Assembly (NCBI GenBank): GCA_038227875.1
Contig: JBBRPR010000004.1
Span: 128,001 to 192,000 of the forward strand
Source of the DNA: Planctomycetota bacterium
Lineage (GTDB): Bacteria; Planctomycetota; SZUA-567; H5-PLA8
Direction: 5' to 3'
Length of the DNA stretch: 64,000 nt
Under the pieces are notes generated by a model. That model worked only from the letters and a program-made list of their open reading frames with translations, was not told the DNA's origin and did not search any database. Both the position numbers and the translations under genes were made by a program. This document shows positions 36,839-48,700 of the stretch, one piece after another. Positions within the stretch are counted from its first letter, which is position 1; every line of letters starts with the position of its first letter.

Positions 36839-36949
36839 GCGTGGCGGCAACGCGCGCTGCATAGAGCGCGCGAGTGGCCAGAAGGTGGTGTCGGTTGGCC
36901 GTCCGGGTTGGCGAGCACTTTCCGGACCGCTGCTGCGGCTGCAGTCTGC

Positions 36950-37975
36950 CTACTTGGCTATTACTTCGTCCGTCTTCCACGCGCTCTGGCCGGCGAAATG
37001 GCAGGCGGCACAATGGCCGGCATGGTGCTCGGCCAGCGGCGGTTCCTTCGCGCAGACGTCGGCGGCGAGCGGGCAGCGCGTGCGGAAGCGACAGTCGTCT
37101 TTGAATAGTGTGGCTGCGGGAACGATGCCGGGAATCACGGCCAGTTTGTGGCGGCCGCGCTGGCTGGATCCGGGTTCCGGGCGCGCGCGCAGCAGACCCT
37201 GCGTGTACGGATGCAGCGGCTTGCTGAAGATTTCCGTAGTCCGCGACTGCTCAATGATTTTTCCGGCGTACATCACGAACGTCCGTTCGGCCATCTCCGC
37301 GACGACGCCCAAGTCGTGCGTGATCAGCAGCAGCGAGAGGCGGCGTTCCTGCTGCAGTTTGCGGAGCAGGTCGAGAATCTGTGCCTGGATCGTGACGTCC
37401 AGCGCCGTGGTCGGTTCGTCAGCGATCAGTACTTTCGGATTGCAGATCAGCGCCATGGCGATGCAGATGCGCTGCTTCATGCCGCCGGAAAGCTGATGCG
37501 GATAATCGTGCGCGCGCCGCTGCGGATCGGGAATGCCGACCTGCTTCATCGCATCAAGCGTGCGGTCCCACGCGTCTTTCGAGGACGTTTTCGGATTGTG
37601 CGTCAGCCAGGCTTCGGCGATCTGGCTGCCGACGGTGAAGACCGGATTGAGCGCGCTCTGGGGTTCCTGAAAGATCATCGCGATCTCGCGGCCGCGCACG
37701 CTGCACATCTCGCTTTCGGGCAGGTTGAGCAGGTTGCGGCCGTCGAGCAGAATCTCGCCGGACGGAATCCGCGCCGGCGGCATCGGCAGCAGTCGCATCA
37801 GGGTGAGACTGGTGACCGACTTTCCGCACCCCGATTCGCCAACCAGCGCCACGCATTCTCCCGCGCGGATATTGAACGTGATCCCGTCGACCGCGCGAGC
37901 GATCCCCGCGTCGGTGTAAAAGTGCGTGCGCAGATCCTTGACGTCGAGCAGAATTTTGGATTCGGAGTCAGCCAT
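36950..37975 (-). CDS. oppD: Oligopeptide/dipeptide ABC transporter ATPase
   Basis: [39 protein letters not shown]-terminal Cys motif. Confidence 0.92.
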   Translation of the reverse strand: MADSESKILLDVKDLRTHFYTDAGIARAVDGITFNIRAGECVALVGESGCGKSVTSLTLMRLLPMPPARIPSGEILLDGRNLLNLPESEMCSVRGREIAMIFQEPQSALNPVFTVGSQIAEAWLTHNPKTSSKDAWDRTLDAMKQVGIPDPQRRAHDYPHQLSGGMKQRICIAMALICNPKVLIADEPTTALDVTIQAQILDLLRKLQQERRLSLLLITHDLGVVAEMAERTFVMYAGKIIEQSRTTEIFSKPLHPYTQGLLRARPEPGSSQRGRHKLAVIPGIVPAATLFKDDCRFRTRCPLAADVCAKEPPLAEHHAGHCAACHFAGQSAWKTDEVIAK

Positions 37976-37987
37976 AATCAGGCAGCA

Positions 37988-39307
37988 TCACTTTCTCAAC
38001 TTCGGGTCCATGGCATCGCGGAGACCTTCGCCGACCAGATTCATCAATGTTACGCTCAGGAAAATCATGAAGCCGGGATAGAGCATCAGCCACCAGAGGC
38101 GCACGGGATCCTGGCGGGCCTGGTTGAGCAGTTCGCCCCAGCTGGGCGTGGGCGGTTCGACGCCGAGACCCAAAAAGCCGAGTCCGGTTTCGGAGAGAAT
38201 CGCGCCGGCGACGCCAAACGTCGCAGCCACCAGGACGGGTGCCAGCGCGTTGGGCAGAATATGACGGAAGATGATGCGCGAATCGGAGACACCCAGCGCC
38301 CGCGCCGCGGCGATGTATTCCAGCTGCCTGACTTTCAGCACTTCTCCGCGGATCAATCGCGCGATGCCCATCCAGCCGGTCAGGCCAATGGCGAACATCA
38401 CCCAGAAAATGCTGCGCTGCGGCACGATCGCAATGATCGTCAGAATCAAAAAGAAGGATGGAAAGCAGATGAAGATTTCGATGATGCGCGAGGCAATGAT
38501 GTCGACCCAGCCGCCAAAATATCCAGCGAGACTGCCGAAGAGAATGCCGATCGAGACGGCCAGTCCGATCGCCAGGAATCCGACCGCCAGCGAAATGCGC
38601 GAGCCGTGAATCAACCGCGCGAGAACGTCGTGTCCGTCGGTGTCACTGCCGAACAGATGGCGTTTGTCGGGACCGTTGCTGTTGGTTGACGTCTCAAGTT
38701 CGAGCGAACCCCAAGGCACAACCGTGAATAGCACAGAGTTCCCGGGCACGTCAGCCAGTGCGCGGTAATCGGTTTCATCGTTTTTGCCGCCGAGGAAAAG
38801 CGAGGCGACGAAGAAGATCACGAAAAGTCCCAGCAGCGGGCGGTACCACGTGCCGGAGAAGCTCACCGCGTCGGCCCTTTCAACTCGAACTACGATACGC
38901 GGTACGATGAAATAAAATGCGAGTCCCACCACCAGCGTCATCAATACACAATTGTAAAAACGGTCGAGATGCGAAAGCGGCGAAATGAATTCGCGGATCA
39001 GCGGGAAAGACATGCCAGCCGGCGAGTGGATATACCACGGGAGGCGATTGGCCAGCAGCGGCGCCGTGAGCGCTACGAGGAATAGCAGCCCGAGCACGTA
39101 TAAGGCGAAATAGGCATCGCGGCGTTTGCGGAATTGCTGCCACGTGAGTACCCAGAATCCCCGCGACGAGGGCGGCATCTCGAGGCTCATGACGCCCGGC
39201 GCGGGAGACTCGGCAACTGCCACGGCGGCGACACTGGGCGAATCGGTTGCAGCCATTTTGGGCGCAGTGTCGTCCTGCCCCTGAGGTCCGCGCTCGCCGG
39301 TGCTCAT
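37988..39307 (-). CDS. oppC: Oligopeptide ABC permease (OppC-like)
   Basis: HLFGSDTDGHDVLARL, YIAAARALG, RHILPN, PSWG. Confidence 0.88.
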   Translation of the reverse strand: MSTGERGPQGQDDTAPKMAATDSPSVAAVAVAESPAPGVMSLEMPPSSRGFWVLTWQQFRKRRDAYFALYVLGLLFLVALTAPLLANRLPWYIHSPAGMSFPLIREFISPLSHLDRFYNCVLMTLVVGLAFYFIVPRIVVRVERADAVSFSGTWYRPLLGLFVIFFVASLFLGGKNDETDYRALADVPGNSVLFTVVPWGSLELETSTNSNGPDKRHLFGSDTDGHDVLARLIHGSRISLAVGFLAIGLAVSIGILFGSLAGYFGGWVDIIASRIIEIFICFPSFFLILTIIAIVPQRSIFWVMFAIGLTGWMGIARLIRGEVLKVRQLEYIAAARALGVSDSRIIFRHILPNALAPVLVAATFGVAGAILSETGLGFLGLGVEPPTPSWGELLNQARQDPVRLWWLMLYPGFMIFLSVTLMNLVGEGLRDAMDPKLRK

Positions 39308-40614
39308 GATTCCTGCGCCTCAAAGGTGACGCGCGGATCGAGCGTGGGCAGCAGTAAGTCGGAAATCAGAGTGCCGAAGAGCACGAGAATCGCGCCCATG
39401 AATGTTTCAGCCATGACCAAGTTGTAGTCGCGGGCTTCGACGGCTTCGAAAAAGAGCAATCCCATGCCGGGGATGCTGAAGATGGTTTCCACAATCACGG
39501 CGCCACCGATCAGCGCGGGGAAAATCCCGGCGATTTGTACGATCACCGGGGTTAGCGCGTTGGGCAGCGCGTGACGCACGATCACCTGCCAGCCTTTCAA
39601 GCCCTTGGCGCGCGCTGTACGGATGTAATCCTGGCGCATGATTTCCAGCAGACCGACGCGAATGAAACGGCTTTCACCCGCAAGGCTGGCATACGTCAGG
39701 CAGAGCACGGGCATGATGTAATAGGGGACGCACGCTTTGAGCAGATCCAGGTAATGCATCTGCGAAGCGTTTTCGGGTTCGAGGCCGGCGATGGGGAAAC
39801 CGGCGTTGCGAACGGTAAGGTGCGCGGGGTATTGGCCGCTGGCGATGAGTGTTGCCATTTCGCCAATGCTCAGGTTGTTGCCAATCCAGATGGAAATCAA
39901 TGCCAGCGTGCCGAAGAGCAGGATCATCACGCCGGTCCACGAGGCCGAACCCAGAAAGACCGAACCCGCCCGTGAGAGCGCACTGCGTTGCGGGCCTTCG
40001 CCCTTGGACAGATTCTTCTTTGGATAGATGAACATGTTGAGGGCGAATGCAATACAGACGAAAAGTGCGGTCTGTTTTAGTACGGAGATGCCAATGGGCA
40101 GCCAGCTTAAGAAGTAGCCGCCATGTCCAAACGCCACGACAAACACCAATCCCACCCAGAAGGCAGGCAACGAGTAGAGCAGAAAGAGCATCACGGTGAT
40201 GACGCGTTCGCGGATGGTCAGCGACTTCACAGCGCTGTCAACACCCAGAGGCAGGCCTACAAGGTACGCCAGAATGATCGAGAAGATGTTCAGTACGATC
40301 GTGTTGGGCAGACGCTGGAAGATCACGTCAAAGACGAACACTTTGTACTTGGATGAGACGTTGAGTTTCGGGCGGAAGAAATCGTTTACCCAATAAAAAT
40401 ATGCAATGGGTGCGGGCTTGTCGAGATGGAGCAGCTTTTTGTAATCGCCTTGATCGCCGGAAGTCAGAGTCTGGCGCTGCGGGCCTTTCTCAAGGTCGCC
40501 TTTCATGGCGGTCGGATTGCCAGGCGCCAGCCGGATGATCACATACGTCAAAAACGTAATCCCGATCAGCGTCGGGATCATCAACAGCAGGCGTTTTATG
40601 ATGTAGGTCGTCAT
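39304..40614 (-). CDS. oppB: Oligopeptide ABC permease (OppB-like)
   Basis: MTTYIIKRLLLMIPTL, QDYIRTARAKGL, RHALPNAL, ETIFSIPGMG, LDPR. Confidence 0.88.
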   Translation of the reverse strand: MTTYIIKRLLLMIPTLIGITFLTYVIIRLAPGNPTAMKGDLEKGPQRQTLTSGDQGDYKKLLHLDKPAPIAYFYWVNDFFRPKLNVSSKYKVFVFDVIFQRLPNTIVLNIFSIILAYLVGLPLGVDSAVKSLTIRERVITVMLFLLYSLPAFWVGLVFVVAFGHGGYFLSWLPIGISVLKQTALFVCIAFALNMFIYPKKNLSKGEGPQRSALSRAGSVFLGSASWTGVMILLFGTLALISIWIGNNLSIGEMATLIASGQYPAHLTVRNAGFPIAGLEPENASQMHYLDLLKACVPYYIMPVLCLTYASLAGESRFIRVGLLEIMRQDYIRTARAKGLKGWQVIVRHALPNALTPVIVQIAGIFPALIGGAVIVETIFSIPGMGLLFFEAVEARDYNLVMAETFMGAILVLFGTLISDLLLPTLDPRVTFEAQES

Positions 40615-40700
40615 CGACTTCTTAGTTGAGCGCTCGCGGGTTGCGCGGGCCAATTGGTCCGCGTTTTGGCTCGTACAGGCGATTGGCCCGCACGTTTAGG

Positions 40701-43097
40701 CTAGTCTTTCATGCGTTGGTACTGACGTGGCATCCACCAGTATCGGGAGAAAATCTGATCCTTGGCGCCGAACGGAACATATTGAATGCGCTCCTCACCC
40801 GGCTTCAGCGGCAGGTAATTGTTGCGCAGATCGGCGTTGTGCGCGGCCAGCGCCATGGTGTTGAACATGAACGTGTACGGTTCTTCGTCGTGCTGGATTT
40901 CGTGGAAGCGCCAGCAGAGCTTCTGGCGTTCCGAGAAATCGAACGTGCGCCGCAGCTTTTCGATGATCTGATCGGCTTCCGCGTTGACGAAATAACTGTG
41001 GTTGCTGCCCTCGCCGGCGGCCTGCGACGAATGCCAGAGCTGATAAGGGTCGGGATCCCAGCCCAGCGACCAGCCGAGCATGATCGCGTCGAATTCGCGC
41101 TTCTTGATGCGGTTGAGGAAGACGGCCCATTCAATGGGATCGAGTTCGCAATCGACGCCGACTTTTTTCAGATCGGCCTGGACGGAAACGAGAATCTTCT
41201 TGCCGGTTTCCGAAGCGGCCGGGAACAGGATGCGCAACTTGAGCCGCTCGCCGTCCTTGTCCAGGAAACCGTCGCCGTCGTGGTCGGTCCAGCCGGCTTC
41301 GGCAAACAACTTCTTCGCGGCTTCGGGATCGTAGGGCCAGGGCTTGATGTTGGGGTTGTTGTACGGCCCGTTGGAATAGAACGTGCCGCTCACCACTTTG
41401 CCCAGATCGTAAAGAAGCTCGTGTAGAATCTTCTCGCGGTTGATCGACATGGTCAGCGCCTTGCGAACGCGCTTATCGGCCAGTTTTGGCAGGCGGGCGT
41501 TCCAGCCGATGTAGTTGTAATAAAGGTCGTACTGCTTGAACGACTTCAATCCGTGCTCTTCCCCAAACGGCGGCTTGGTCGCGTCTTCTTTCCATTGGGG
41601 AGGCGTCAACCCGCTCATGTCGAGTTTCTTGTTCTTCAACATCTGCAGACGCACGGCGCTTTCTTTAATGATGTGGAAATAGACGATCTTGAAATTTGGC
41701 TTCGTGCCCCAGTAGTTTTCATTACGCTCCAGGACAATGCGCTGCTGCGGGAGCCACTCTTTCAATTTGTAGGGGCCGGTGCCAAAGGCTTCCTTGTTGT
41801 GCGCGCTGGTGTTGAAATCATTGGGGCTTGCGTATTTGTAAATGTGTTCGGGCAACAGCGTCAGACCGGCAGAGGACTCGAACGCACCATTGAACAGTTT
41901 GCGCCAGGTAAAGCGCAGCGTGCTGTCGTCGAGGGCTTCCAGCTTCTCGCAGTCGATGTAATAATTGCGCGCCGGCTGGCAGTCGATGCCCGGATCCTTA
42001 AGCGTATTGAAGGAGAACGCAAAGTCCTTCGTTGTCAGCGGCGTGCCGTCGTGCCATTTGACGCCTTGGCGGAGATGAAACGTATAGTAAAGCTTATCTT
42101 CAAAACTGTAGGTCTCGGTTTTGTCGATCAGCCAGACCTGTCCCTTCGGGCCAAGTTGCTCTTTCTGCGCGAGAAAATCCTTTACCAGTGCCTCTGCCGA
42201 TTCCTTCGTTCCGGGAAGTCGGAAGACGTAACCCGATTCACCTTCCCAGACCTGAGTGCCCACCAGCTTCAATTCCGGTTTGGAAGCAACCAGTGCCACG
42301 AATCGTTCCATGACTTTTCGCGCGTCGGGCAAGTCCTTCTCGCCGGCATCCGGAGCAAACTTGGTGATCACCCACTGGACCGGAACAAATGAATCCAGCG
42401 AAACCACCTTGGCCACTTCAGCCAGGTAGGCGTCGCCGAGCTTCGAAATATCGAGCTTCACTCGGCCATCGGCATCCGCGGAGACCTTGATCCACCGTTT
42501 CGCGTCGGCGGAGAGTCCCGCGTTCAGTTTCTCCGCAAGGTCCTTGCCGGCGCCTTTCGCTGGAATGCCCCAGGAACTCTGAGCCTGCTCCCAATTTGTC
42601 GCCAACTCCGGCACCCAGATGTCCAGGTTCTTGTAATCGCGGCTGGCCAAGCTCTCGCTGATGTACGAATGTACGTCGGAAACCGTGGCGTCGTTTTCCG
42701 TCAGCGGGTTGAGCGTGCCGGGATCGGATCCAAAGGCGCGATAGAGCGTGCCGCCTTCTTCCGCCTTAGGGTCGATGTACTGCTTTTCGGCCTCTTCGAG
42801 TGTCGGAATGATATTGGAATCGGCCGATATAACCGTGCTGGTCGCAGTTCCCGTCGACGTCCCTGTGGCATTTTCCGTTGACGTGTTAGGACCGACGACT
42901 ACGGCGCGGCCGGGTTTCTTCAACTCGGCGAGAATATCGCGAAGTACATTCTCGTGTTCATCCTGCTTCTTGGAAATTTGGTCCATGCGGCCGGCAACAT
43001 CGTGCTCGTTCTGCCGCATGATGATGAACAATTCGATCACGACAATGATCAGCAGAGTACTGAAAACAATATCACGAAAGACACTTCGTTCGCCCAT
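40701..43097 (-). CDS. oppA: Family 5 (peptide/nickel) ABC substrate-binding protein with an internal insertion
   Basis: N-terminal TM anchor; DPGTLNP, FHLRQGVKWHDG, GTGPY, DKRVRKAL, YDPEAAKKL. Confidence 0.85.
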   Translation of the reverse strand: MGERSVFRDIVFSTLLIIVVIELFIIMRQNEHDVAGRMDQISKKQDEHENVLRDILAELKKPGRAVVVGPNTSTENATGTSTGTATSTVISADSNIIPTLEEAEKQYIDPKAEEGGTLYRAFGSDPGTLNPLTENDATVSDVHSYISESLASRDYKNLDIWVPELATNWEQAQSSWGIPAKGAGKDLAEKLNAGLSADAKRWIKVSADADGRVKLDISKLGDAYLAEVAKVVSLDSFVPVQWVITKFAPDAGEKDLPDARKVMERFVALVASKPELKLVGTQVWEGESGYVFRLPGTKESAEALVKDFLAQKEQLGPKGQVWLIDKTETYSFEDKLYYTFHLRQGVKWHDGTPLTTKDFAFSFNTLKDPGIDCQPARNYYIDCEKLEALDDSTLRFTWRKLFNGAFESSAGLTLLPEHIYKYASPNDFNTSAHNKEAFGTGPYKLKEWLPQQRIVLERNENYWGTKPNFKIVYFHIIKESAVRLQMLKNKKLDMSGLTPPQWKEDATKPPFGEEHGLKSFKQYDLYYNYIGWNARLPKLADKRVRKALTMSINREKILHELLYDLGKVVSGTFYSNGPYNNPNIKPWPYDPEAAKKLFAEAGWTDHDGDGFLDKDGERLKLRILFPAASETGKKILVSVQADLKKVGVDCELDPIEWAVFLNRIKKREFDAIMLGWSLGWDPDPYQLWHSSQAAGEGSNHSYFVNAEADQIIEKLRRTFDFSERQKLCWRFHEIQHDEEPYTFMFNTMALAAHNADLRNNYLPLKPGEERIQYVPFGAKDQIFSRYWWMPRQYQRMKD

Positions 43098-43301
43098 GAA
43101 GCCCTCGCTGGAAGGGAACCCACCGGTGAACTTCTCCGGGGTACGTATTGCTACACACTAGTCGCCGGTCAGACGATGGGTGTGATGGTAGCATGCCCTG
43201 AAATAATTAAAAAGCGCATCCGCGCGCCGTTGCGCGTGCCTGCCGGCGAGAAACGTCGGGGACGCGCGTAGTCTCGCAGGCGTTCACGCCAACCCCAGGC
43301 A

Positions 43302-44564
43302 TCACAGCAAATACGGAATCGTCTGCGGGCCTTCCGGGAGGACGGCGATGGGGGCGTCGGTGCCGATATTCTTCAGCTCCTCGCTGATGCGCGCGGCGAT
43401 GTCGGTGATAGGCTCCAGGTGCGCGGCGCGGACTTCGTCGGGCGGGATCTCGCTGTAGAGCGCCACGCGCGCTTTTACCTGGATCATCGCCAGCAACTGC
43501 GCTTCCCACTGGTCGTACATCGAAAATCCCGGCGCGAGAATCGTGTCGAGGATCGCTTGCGGGGATTTGCCTTCGATCATCAGTTTTTTGAAATTGCCGT
43601 GCGTCGGGAAGCCATCGTTGCAGCGCGCGGCCGCGGCGATCAGGCCGCCGGGCACGACGACCTGTGCGGCCGCCGACATGCCTTTCACGGTCTGGTAGAG
43701 ATTCTGGTCGAGCGGGTAGCCGGCGTTGGTCGTGAGCACGATCGGAAAGGGCTTGGGGCAGCCGACCATCGCGGTTTTCTTCGCGAAGGCGCAGCCTTCT
43801 TCGTGAGCTTTGATGACATGTCCGCAGAAATAGCGCGTGATCTCGCGCTTGCGGTTCTGCGTGACGTTGACGAGGAAATCGACGGGCAGCAGCGAACCGT
43901 TGGCGCGGACTTGTTCCTGCGTGGGATTGTCTTTGAGTTCGCCCCAGGCGCTCTTGGGGCTGCCGATCACTTCGGCGCGGTGATAATGCATGATCGCGGC
44001 GATGTCGGCGACGGCCGGGAAGACGCCCTTGTAACCGCCGGAGAATCCCGCCATGAAATGCGGCTCGATGAAGCCCAGGACGATGCGCTTGTCGGCTTCG
44101 ACGGCTTCTTTGTTCATGTAGACGGCCCGGCCGTCGGGCGTTTTGCCGGCGAGCGCCAGGGTTTTCGGGTCGTGAGCATTGTGGTTGACGACGCGGTACT
44201 TTTTCGCCACGTTCTCGCCGACCATCACCGACAGTTCCTGCGGCGTGTTGACGCGGTGCGAACCCGTGCCGTTGACGATCGTGAAATTTCCGGCCGGGAC
44301 GTAGCTGAGCTCTTCGAAAATCCACGGCAGCAGCCGGTCGGTCGGCAGCGGGCGCGTGATGTCGGGGATGATGATCGCGACCCGGTCGGTCGCTTTGACG
44401 ATCTCTTTGAGCGGCTTAGAGCCGATCGGCGAGCGCACGGCGTCGCGAAAACCGGCGGCTTCGTCGGCCAGCCCGCTCAGGAATTTCGGCTCCAGCAGCG
44501 TGACATTCGAGCCGGGAACGTCCACGGAGAGACCGGTGGTGCCGTACTGAAGATGAACTTTCAT
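43302..44564 (-). CDS. larA: LarA-family nickel-pincer racemase/epimerase
   Basis: PDITRP, GSHR, NHNA, IEPHFMAGFSGGYKGVFP, GYPLDQNLYQTVKG. Substrate not determinable. Confidence 0.85.
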   Translation of the reverse strand: MKVHLQYGTTGLSVDVPGSNVTLLEPKFLSGLADEAAGFRDAVRSPIGSKPLKEIVKATDRVAIIIPDITRPLPTDRLLPWIFEELSYVPAGNFTIVNGTGSHRVNTPQELSVMVGENVAKKYRVVNHNAHDPKTLALAGKTPDGRAVYMNKEAVEADKRIVLGFIEPHFMAGFSGGYKGVFPAVADIAAIMHYHRAEVIGSPKSAWGELKDNPTQEQVRANGSLLPVDFLVNVTQNRKREITRYFCGHVIKAHEEGCAFAKKTAMVGCPKPFPIVLTTNAGYPLDQNLYQTVKGMSAAAQVVVPGGLIAAAARCNDGFPTHGNFKKLMIEGKSPQAILDTILAPGFSMYDQWEAQLLAMIQVKARVALYSEIPPDEVRAAHLEPITDIAARISEELKNIGTDAPIAVLPEGPQTIPYLL

Positions 44565-44597
44565 GCGTGTCTCGCTTTTCTGGAACCCAAGAGCTTT

Positions 44598-44634
44598 AAA
44601 ACAAGAATGCCGGTTTAAGAATAAACCGGCATTC
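44598..44634 (-). terminator. Intrinsic terminator after the 44688-45542 gene
   Basis: 13-bp stem GAATGCCGGTTTA/TAAACCGGCATTC (44605-44634) followed on the minus strand by TTGTTTT. Confidence 0.7.
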
Positions 44635-44687
44635 CGTTGAATCCAGGATAGGGACTACAGCCCCTATGTTGGCTTTTGACCACTTAC

Positions 44688-45542
44688 CTATTCCGTCGGC
44701 TTCGCCTTGGTCAGCGGCTTGAGGTACTTCGCGTACATCGGCAGCGTTTCATCGGGATCGGAATTTTCCTGAAGCGCTTCCAGCGAGAGGTAACCGCGGA
44801 AGTTGCCCGACTTGAGCAGATCGGCGACGCGGCCCATCGGCACGAAGCCTTCGCCCGGTTCGCACGGAATCAACTTGGTGCGGTCGTCGTTGAAGGAGCA
44901 ATCGTGAACGTGGACGTGGCGAACGTGATCGCAGATCGAATCGTAGGTGTCTTCGACCGTTTCCAGGACGCGGATCGGGTGGAGCACATCCCAGAGCACG
45001 CCCAGCTTCTTCGAGAAGACCTGGCTCAAGACTTCGCTGACGTACTTCGAGTGGCTGAAGGCATCGTGCGTTTCCATCAGGATCATGGAGCGCATCTTTT
45101 CCTTCTCGGCGTACTCGGTGCATTCGTCCAGCGATTCGGCGATGTAGTCGATCACGCCGGTCGTTTCCATGCCGTGCGGGATGTCGCCGCCGAAAATTCG
45201 GATGTACGGCGCGCCAACGGCGTCGGCCAGGCGCAGGCACTGCTTCACGTTTTCAATCGTCTTCAGGCGTTCCGCCGGATCGGGATTGGAGAAGGTGAAG
45301 GACGTCGAGATGCAGGAGACGGCCATGTTGGCGGCGTCGAACTGCTTGCGGACGTCGGCGAGGTAATCGGCCGGGCTGTCCAGCTCAACGCCGTGCAGAT
45401 GCCCCTTGCCGATGCGCAGCTCCACACCATCGTAGCCGTAGGTCTGCATGCCGTCGACGATTGCGGCGACAGTCCATTCCGGACAAACCCACGTGCTGAA
45501 GCTCAACTTCAAATTATACGTCGTTGCGTACGCTGTCGCCAT
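44688..45542 (-). CDS. Sugar phosphate isomerase/epimerase (TIM barrel)
   Basis: GYDGVELR, IRIFGG, METHD, WDVLHP, HVHVHD, LSLE. Confidence 0.87.
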   Translation of the reverse strand: MATAYATTYNLKLSFSTWVCPEWTVAAIVDGMQTYGYDGVELRIGKGHLHGVELDSPADYLADVRKQFDAANMAVSCISTSFTFSNPDPAERLKTIENVKQCLRLADAVGAPYIRIFGGDIPHGMETTGVIDYIAESLDECTEYAEKEKMRSMILMETHDAFSHSKYVSEVLSQVFSKKLGVLWDVLHPIRVLETVEDTYDSICDHVRHVHVHDCSFNDDRTKLIPCEPGEGFVPMGRVADLLKSGNFRGYLSLEALQENSDPDETLPMYAKYLKPLTKAKPTE

Positions 45543-45759
45543 GAAACCTGAAACTCCGCGCTAGAAAACAAAATGACCACCGCCGGGGGCTCGCGTTCCC
45601 ACGGGGGCTCACGATACCTTGGACTACAGGATGGAAGAGTCTAGAAACGGACAGGGTTTAAGTCAAGGCAAAGCGACGGTTGTTATTGGGAAGTTTGAAG
45701 TTAAGCTTCCGCAATCAACACGAACACCCTCCGCCTGCGCCCTCCAGGAGACACCTCCT

Positions 45760-48700
45760 ATGACCTATTTGCACCTCCCCAGTTCGCGCGAGGAGGCTCA
45801 AAATTGGAATTTCACACTCGGCGTTCCTGGATTCCGCTTCGCCGACCTCAACCGTGTCCGCCGCCTGATGGCGCTCGATGCGCTGTTCCTCGAAGACCTC
45901 ACCCAGAAAAATCCCGAGCTCGCTCAATGCTTCAAAAAACTGCGTGAAACGGCTGGCGAGGGTGCCGATCCCGTCAAGCTCAGCAATACGCTCATCCAGG
46001 TCGGCAAACACGTCGGCCCGTTCATCGCCAGAATTTTCCACATCGAAGCGCAGGCCGCGGAGCTCAACCAGCGCGCGCTGAATGAGAAAATAATCTTCCG
46101 CTGCCGCCGCGAATTTTTCGAACGCCGCGTCTACCGCACAACCGTGACGCCCGATGACGTCGCCGCGATGGATCTGCCGAAACTCGAACGCGCCTACCGC
46201 AACGCCAGCGAATCGATCCTGTGGGGGCGCCTGGCCGCCGATCCGGAACGCGAACTGGCCGAAACCGCGCTGGCGCTGCTCGACCGCGAAGCGCACGCGA
46301 AAGGCGCGGAGAAGGAAGCGGCCACGCGGCAGCTCGACGATGTCGTGAACTGGTCGCGCGCGCTGGCGTTCCATCCGAAGCTCAAGCACAAGTCGCGCGA
46401 GTGGGCGCTCTTTTTCCGGCCGGAGAAACTCGATTACGAGAACCTGGTCGAACGCCACTTCGACGATGAAAACGTGCCGACGCATTTTCACGGACCGGAA
46501 GAAACGCGCCGCCACCGCGACGGTTTCGACCTGACCGACCGCCGTGCCACGCCGCGCCAGGCGCTGGGCGAGATGGACTACTGCATTATTTGTCACGACC
46601 GCAAAAAAGATTCCTGTTCGCACGGCTTCCCGGAAGCCGACGGCAGCTTCAAGAAAAACCCGCTCGGCATCCCCATGACCGGCTGCCCGCTGGACGAACG
46701 CATCTCCGAAGCGCATTACCTGAAGCGCGAAGGCCATGCGCTCGCCGCGCTGGCGATGGTGATGATCGACAACCCACTCTGCGCCGGCACCGGCCACCGC
46801 ATCTGCAACGATTGCATGAAGGGTTGCATCTACCAGAAGCAGACGCCGGTCAACATTCCGCAGGCCGAGACCAACATCCTCACCGACGTGCTGAAGCTGC
46901 CGTACGGTTTCGAAATCTACTCGCTGCTCACGCGCTGGAATCCGCTCAACGTCCGCCGGCCCTACCCGCTCCCTTATAATGGGAAGAAGGTGCTGGTCGT
47001 CGGGATGGGTCCTGCCGGGTACACGCTCTCCCATTATCTGCTCAACGAAGGCTTCGGCGTCGTCGGTATCGAAGGGATGAAAGTCGAGCCGCTCTCCAAG
47101 CGCATGCGCGGCGCGAAGCGGCGAGTGCCTCAGCCCATTCAAGAAATCACGGCCATCGTCGGACCTCTCGATGAACGCACGATTCTCGGCTTCGGCGGCG
47201 TCTCGGAATACGGCATCACCGTGCGTTGGGACAAGAATTTTCTCGACATCAATTACATCGTGCTGATGCGCCGCAAGAAATTCCGCCTCTTCGACGGTGT
47301 GCGCTTCGGCGGCACGCTGACGATCGACGATTGCTGGCGGCTGGGCTTCGATCACATCGCGCTGGCGACGGGCGCGGGCCGGCCGACGCTGCTCTCGGCG
47401 AAAAACAATCTCCTCCGCGGCGTGCGCGCGGCGTCCGATTTTCTGATGGGCCTGCAGGGCACCGGCATCTACCGCAAGAACAGCCTCGGCAATCTGCAGG
47501 TCCAGCTTCCCGCCATCGTGATCGGCGGCGGACTGACGGCGATCGACACGGCGACGGAATTGCAGGCCTACTACGCCGTGCAGGTGGAGAAGACGCTGGA
47601 ACGCTACGAGCGCCTCGCCACGAAAATTTCCGAAGTGAAAATCCGTGCGCGTTTCGACGCCGAAGAGCTGAAGATTCTCGACACGTGGCTGGAACACGGC
47701 AAGGTCATCCGCGCGGAGCGCGCGACGGCCGCGGTGCAAAAGCGCGCGCCGAATTTTAACCAGCACATCCGCGCGTGGGGCGGCGTCTCGATCGCATACC
47801 GCAAACGCGTCCAGGATGCGCCCGCGTACCGCTTGAATCACGAAGAAGTGGTCAAGGCGCTGGAAGAAGGCATCGGTTTCGCCGAATGCCTGAACCCCGT
47901 CGAATTTGTGCCGGGCCCCAACGGCGAAGTGTCGGCCGTGCGCTTTGAACGGCAGATCGTCGAGAACGGCAAGTGGCGCAACGCCGGCGAATTTTTCGAG
48001 ATGCCCGCCAAGGCCGTGATGGTCGCCGCCGGCACGCACCCCAATGCGATCTACGAGAAGGAATTCCCCGGCACGTTCAAGATGGATAAGTGGGGCGAAT
48101 TTTTCGTCGGCCACAAGCTCGTCGAAGAAAACGGCGCGCAGAAACTCGAAGCGGTGAAGCCCGGCGAGACCGGATTTTTCACCTCTTATAATAAAAACGG
48201 CAAGCTGATCAGCTTCTACGGCGACAACCACCCCATCTACGCCGGCAACGTGGTGAAAGCGATGGCCTCCGCCAAGCATGGCTACCGCGCTGTCGCCGCC
48301 GCGTTCGAAAAGGAAGTCGAGAAACTCGATCCGACCGTTCAGTCGGACCGCGAATTGGATTGGGTGAAGTTCGTCGAAGTCCTCGACATGGAAATCAAAG
48401 CCACGGTCGTCGACGTGATCCGCCTGACGAAGAACATCGTCGAAGTCGTCGTCCGCGCGCCGCTGGCCGCACGCAATTTCAAGCCGGGGCAATTCTACCG
48501 GCTGCAGAATTACGAAAACTACGCCGAACGCGTCTCCGGATTCATGCTTGGCATGGAAGGCATCGCGCTGACCGGCGCGTGGGTCGACCGTGAGCGTGGA
48601 TTGCTGGCGATGATCGTGCTGGAGATGGGCGGCAGCAGCCGCCTCTGCGCGCTGCTGGAGCCCGGCGAAGAAGTCGTGGTGATGGGCCCGACTGGCGCGC

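Noticed and set aside
40644..40663. CGCGGGCC-AATT-GGTCCGCG as a seventh palindrome family member
   Set aside because: It has the AATT centre but shorter arms and no ACC/GGT ends; left out of the count.
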